Origin: Malacoraja senta
Taxonomy: Eukaryota
Direction: 5' to 3'
Length of the DNA: 64,000 nt
NCBI GenBank assembly: GCA_038087875.1
Contig: JAXLNO010000548.1
Coordinates: 126,001 to 190,000, forward strand
Shown: positions 62,601-64,000 of the stretch, one piece after another
How the letters are laid out: each line of letters opens with the position of its first letter
Numbering within the stretch: position 1 is the first letter of the stretch
Position numbers and translations under genes: made by a program
Notes under the pieces: generated by a model
What the model saw: only the letters and a program-made list of their open reading frames with translations
Database searches by the model: none
Told to the model about the DNA's origin: nothing

Positions 62601-64000
62601 TTTTCGTAACTGACGTGTTATAATTTTTGTGGTTTGTCTCCAAACTCGAAATGTAATTGTTTGGTTTTTTGATAAAGTTTTATTACTTGTTCTGAATACA
62701 TTTTGTTTAATTTATATTTCAATACAGCAATTTTATTATGTTTTAAAATAGATGGCATTCTCGCATTTTCTATATCTAGTTGCTTGATTTCCCTTTCCAA
62801 TGTTTGTTGTTTAATCCTGTTCTCTTTATTATAAAATACTTGAGCAGAAATTAATGCACCTCGAACAAACGCTTTAAACGTTTCCCACATAAGAGAAGTA
62901 GGTGTGTCAGGGTTGTCATTTACCTCAAAAAATATTTGAATCTGTTTAGTAAGATATTCCTGGCATGATCTTTCGTTCAAAATTTGTGGGTTAAATCTCC
63001 AATATGTTTGTTTCTCGGACATTACATTTAATTTAATCATGAATGTTACAGGTGCGTGATCTGAGATTATAATATTATGGTGTTTTGAGTTATAAGTAAA
63101 TGGGATTAACGTGGAGTCAACTAAAAAATAATCTATTCTTGAGTATGTTTTATGTACTGGTGAGTAAAATGAATATTCCCGTCCAGTTGGATTTTCAATT
63201 CTCCAGACATCCTTAATATTAGTGGTATTAATAAATGAATTTAAAAATACACTTGATTGAGATTTTACTTTTTTTGCCTTGATGATCTATCTAAGTATGA
63301 ATCTAATGTGCAATTGAAGTCTCCTCCAATTATTAATTTATATTGTGTAAATTCAGGAATTATATTAAATGTTTTATTAAAACACATAGGGTTATCAAAA
63401 TTAGGCCCATATACATTAAGAAGAATCACTTTTTCTCCATTTAACTCTCCAACTAATATAATATATCTACCATCAATATCCGCTATTGTTGATGAATGCG
63501 TAAAAGGTATTCCTTTACGAATTAATATTGCAACTCCTCTGGACTTATGGGAAAAAGAGGAATGATATGATTCAGCGATCCACTTAGCTTTAAGTCTATG
63601 TTGAGATTCCTTTTTAAGGTGTGTTTCTTGAAGGAATATTATATCTGTTTTGATTGAATTTAGATGTGCCAAAACTTTACCTCTCTTAATTGGTTCATTG
63701 ATTCCCTTAACATTCCAACTACAAAATGTTATTCCCTGACCCCCTCTTGTCATATTAACATCTTGCATATTGTTTCTAAGGTGGTCTATAACCGAGCAGA
63801 AGGTGCAACACATAAAACCTGACCCTGCTCCCGAACCTCAAATAGATGAATTTAAAATCATATACATCGCTCTTCCGAACACATCTCCTTGAATTAGTCT
63901 TGTTGTTCCATTCAAACATTAAGTTATACAAATATTTAAAGTGAAAAAAGTGATAGAATTGGTTAATATAGGGTGAAAGAAAAAAAACTACATCTACAAT
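59646..64000 (-). mobile_element. L1-clade LINE, near-complete ORF2 (frameshifted) plus 3' UTR; continues beyond the window
   Basis: SWNVKG, FLQETH, NVYGPN, GGDFN (63265-63813); SYRAIALLN, DAEKAFD, RQGCPLSP, YADD (60826-62289); CCHC (59970-60866); T-rich tail near 59646. Confidence 0.94.

Overview
Repeat-rich eukaryotic DNA, not prokaryotic. The repeat complement (CR1 LINEs with (CTATGTTT)n/(CTATTGT)n tails, HE1-type tRNA SINEs, Penelope remnants) suggests a cartilaginous fish, probably a skate or ray; this is inference. Most of the window is nested transposable elements: CR1, L1, RTEX-like, Rex1/Babar, L2-tailed, DIRS, Penelope, hAT and Harbinger. One CR1 ORF2 (51195-54092) is uninterrupted. 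Two host-gene relics lie on the minus strand. The first is a frameshifted C2H2 zinc-finger array (11822-13387). The second is a seven-exon, phase-consistent SUN2-like gene (40546-50969) that I assembled by hand: transmembrane segment plus coiled coil, ending in an in-frame stop before the SUN domain. The most notable patterns are (i) short, often palindromic Penelope-derived insertions flanked by TSDs that carry a minimal hammerhead-ribozyme core, (ii) an RTEX-like LINE whose three copies all abut (GA)n microsatellites in the same orientation, and (iii) a three-level TE nesting with readable junctions. Homology calls rest on remembered motifs, not on searches. Boundaries are approximate unless a TSD, TIR or splice site is quoted.
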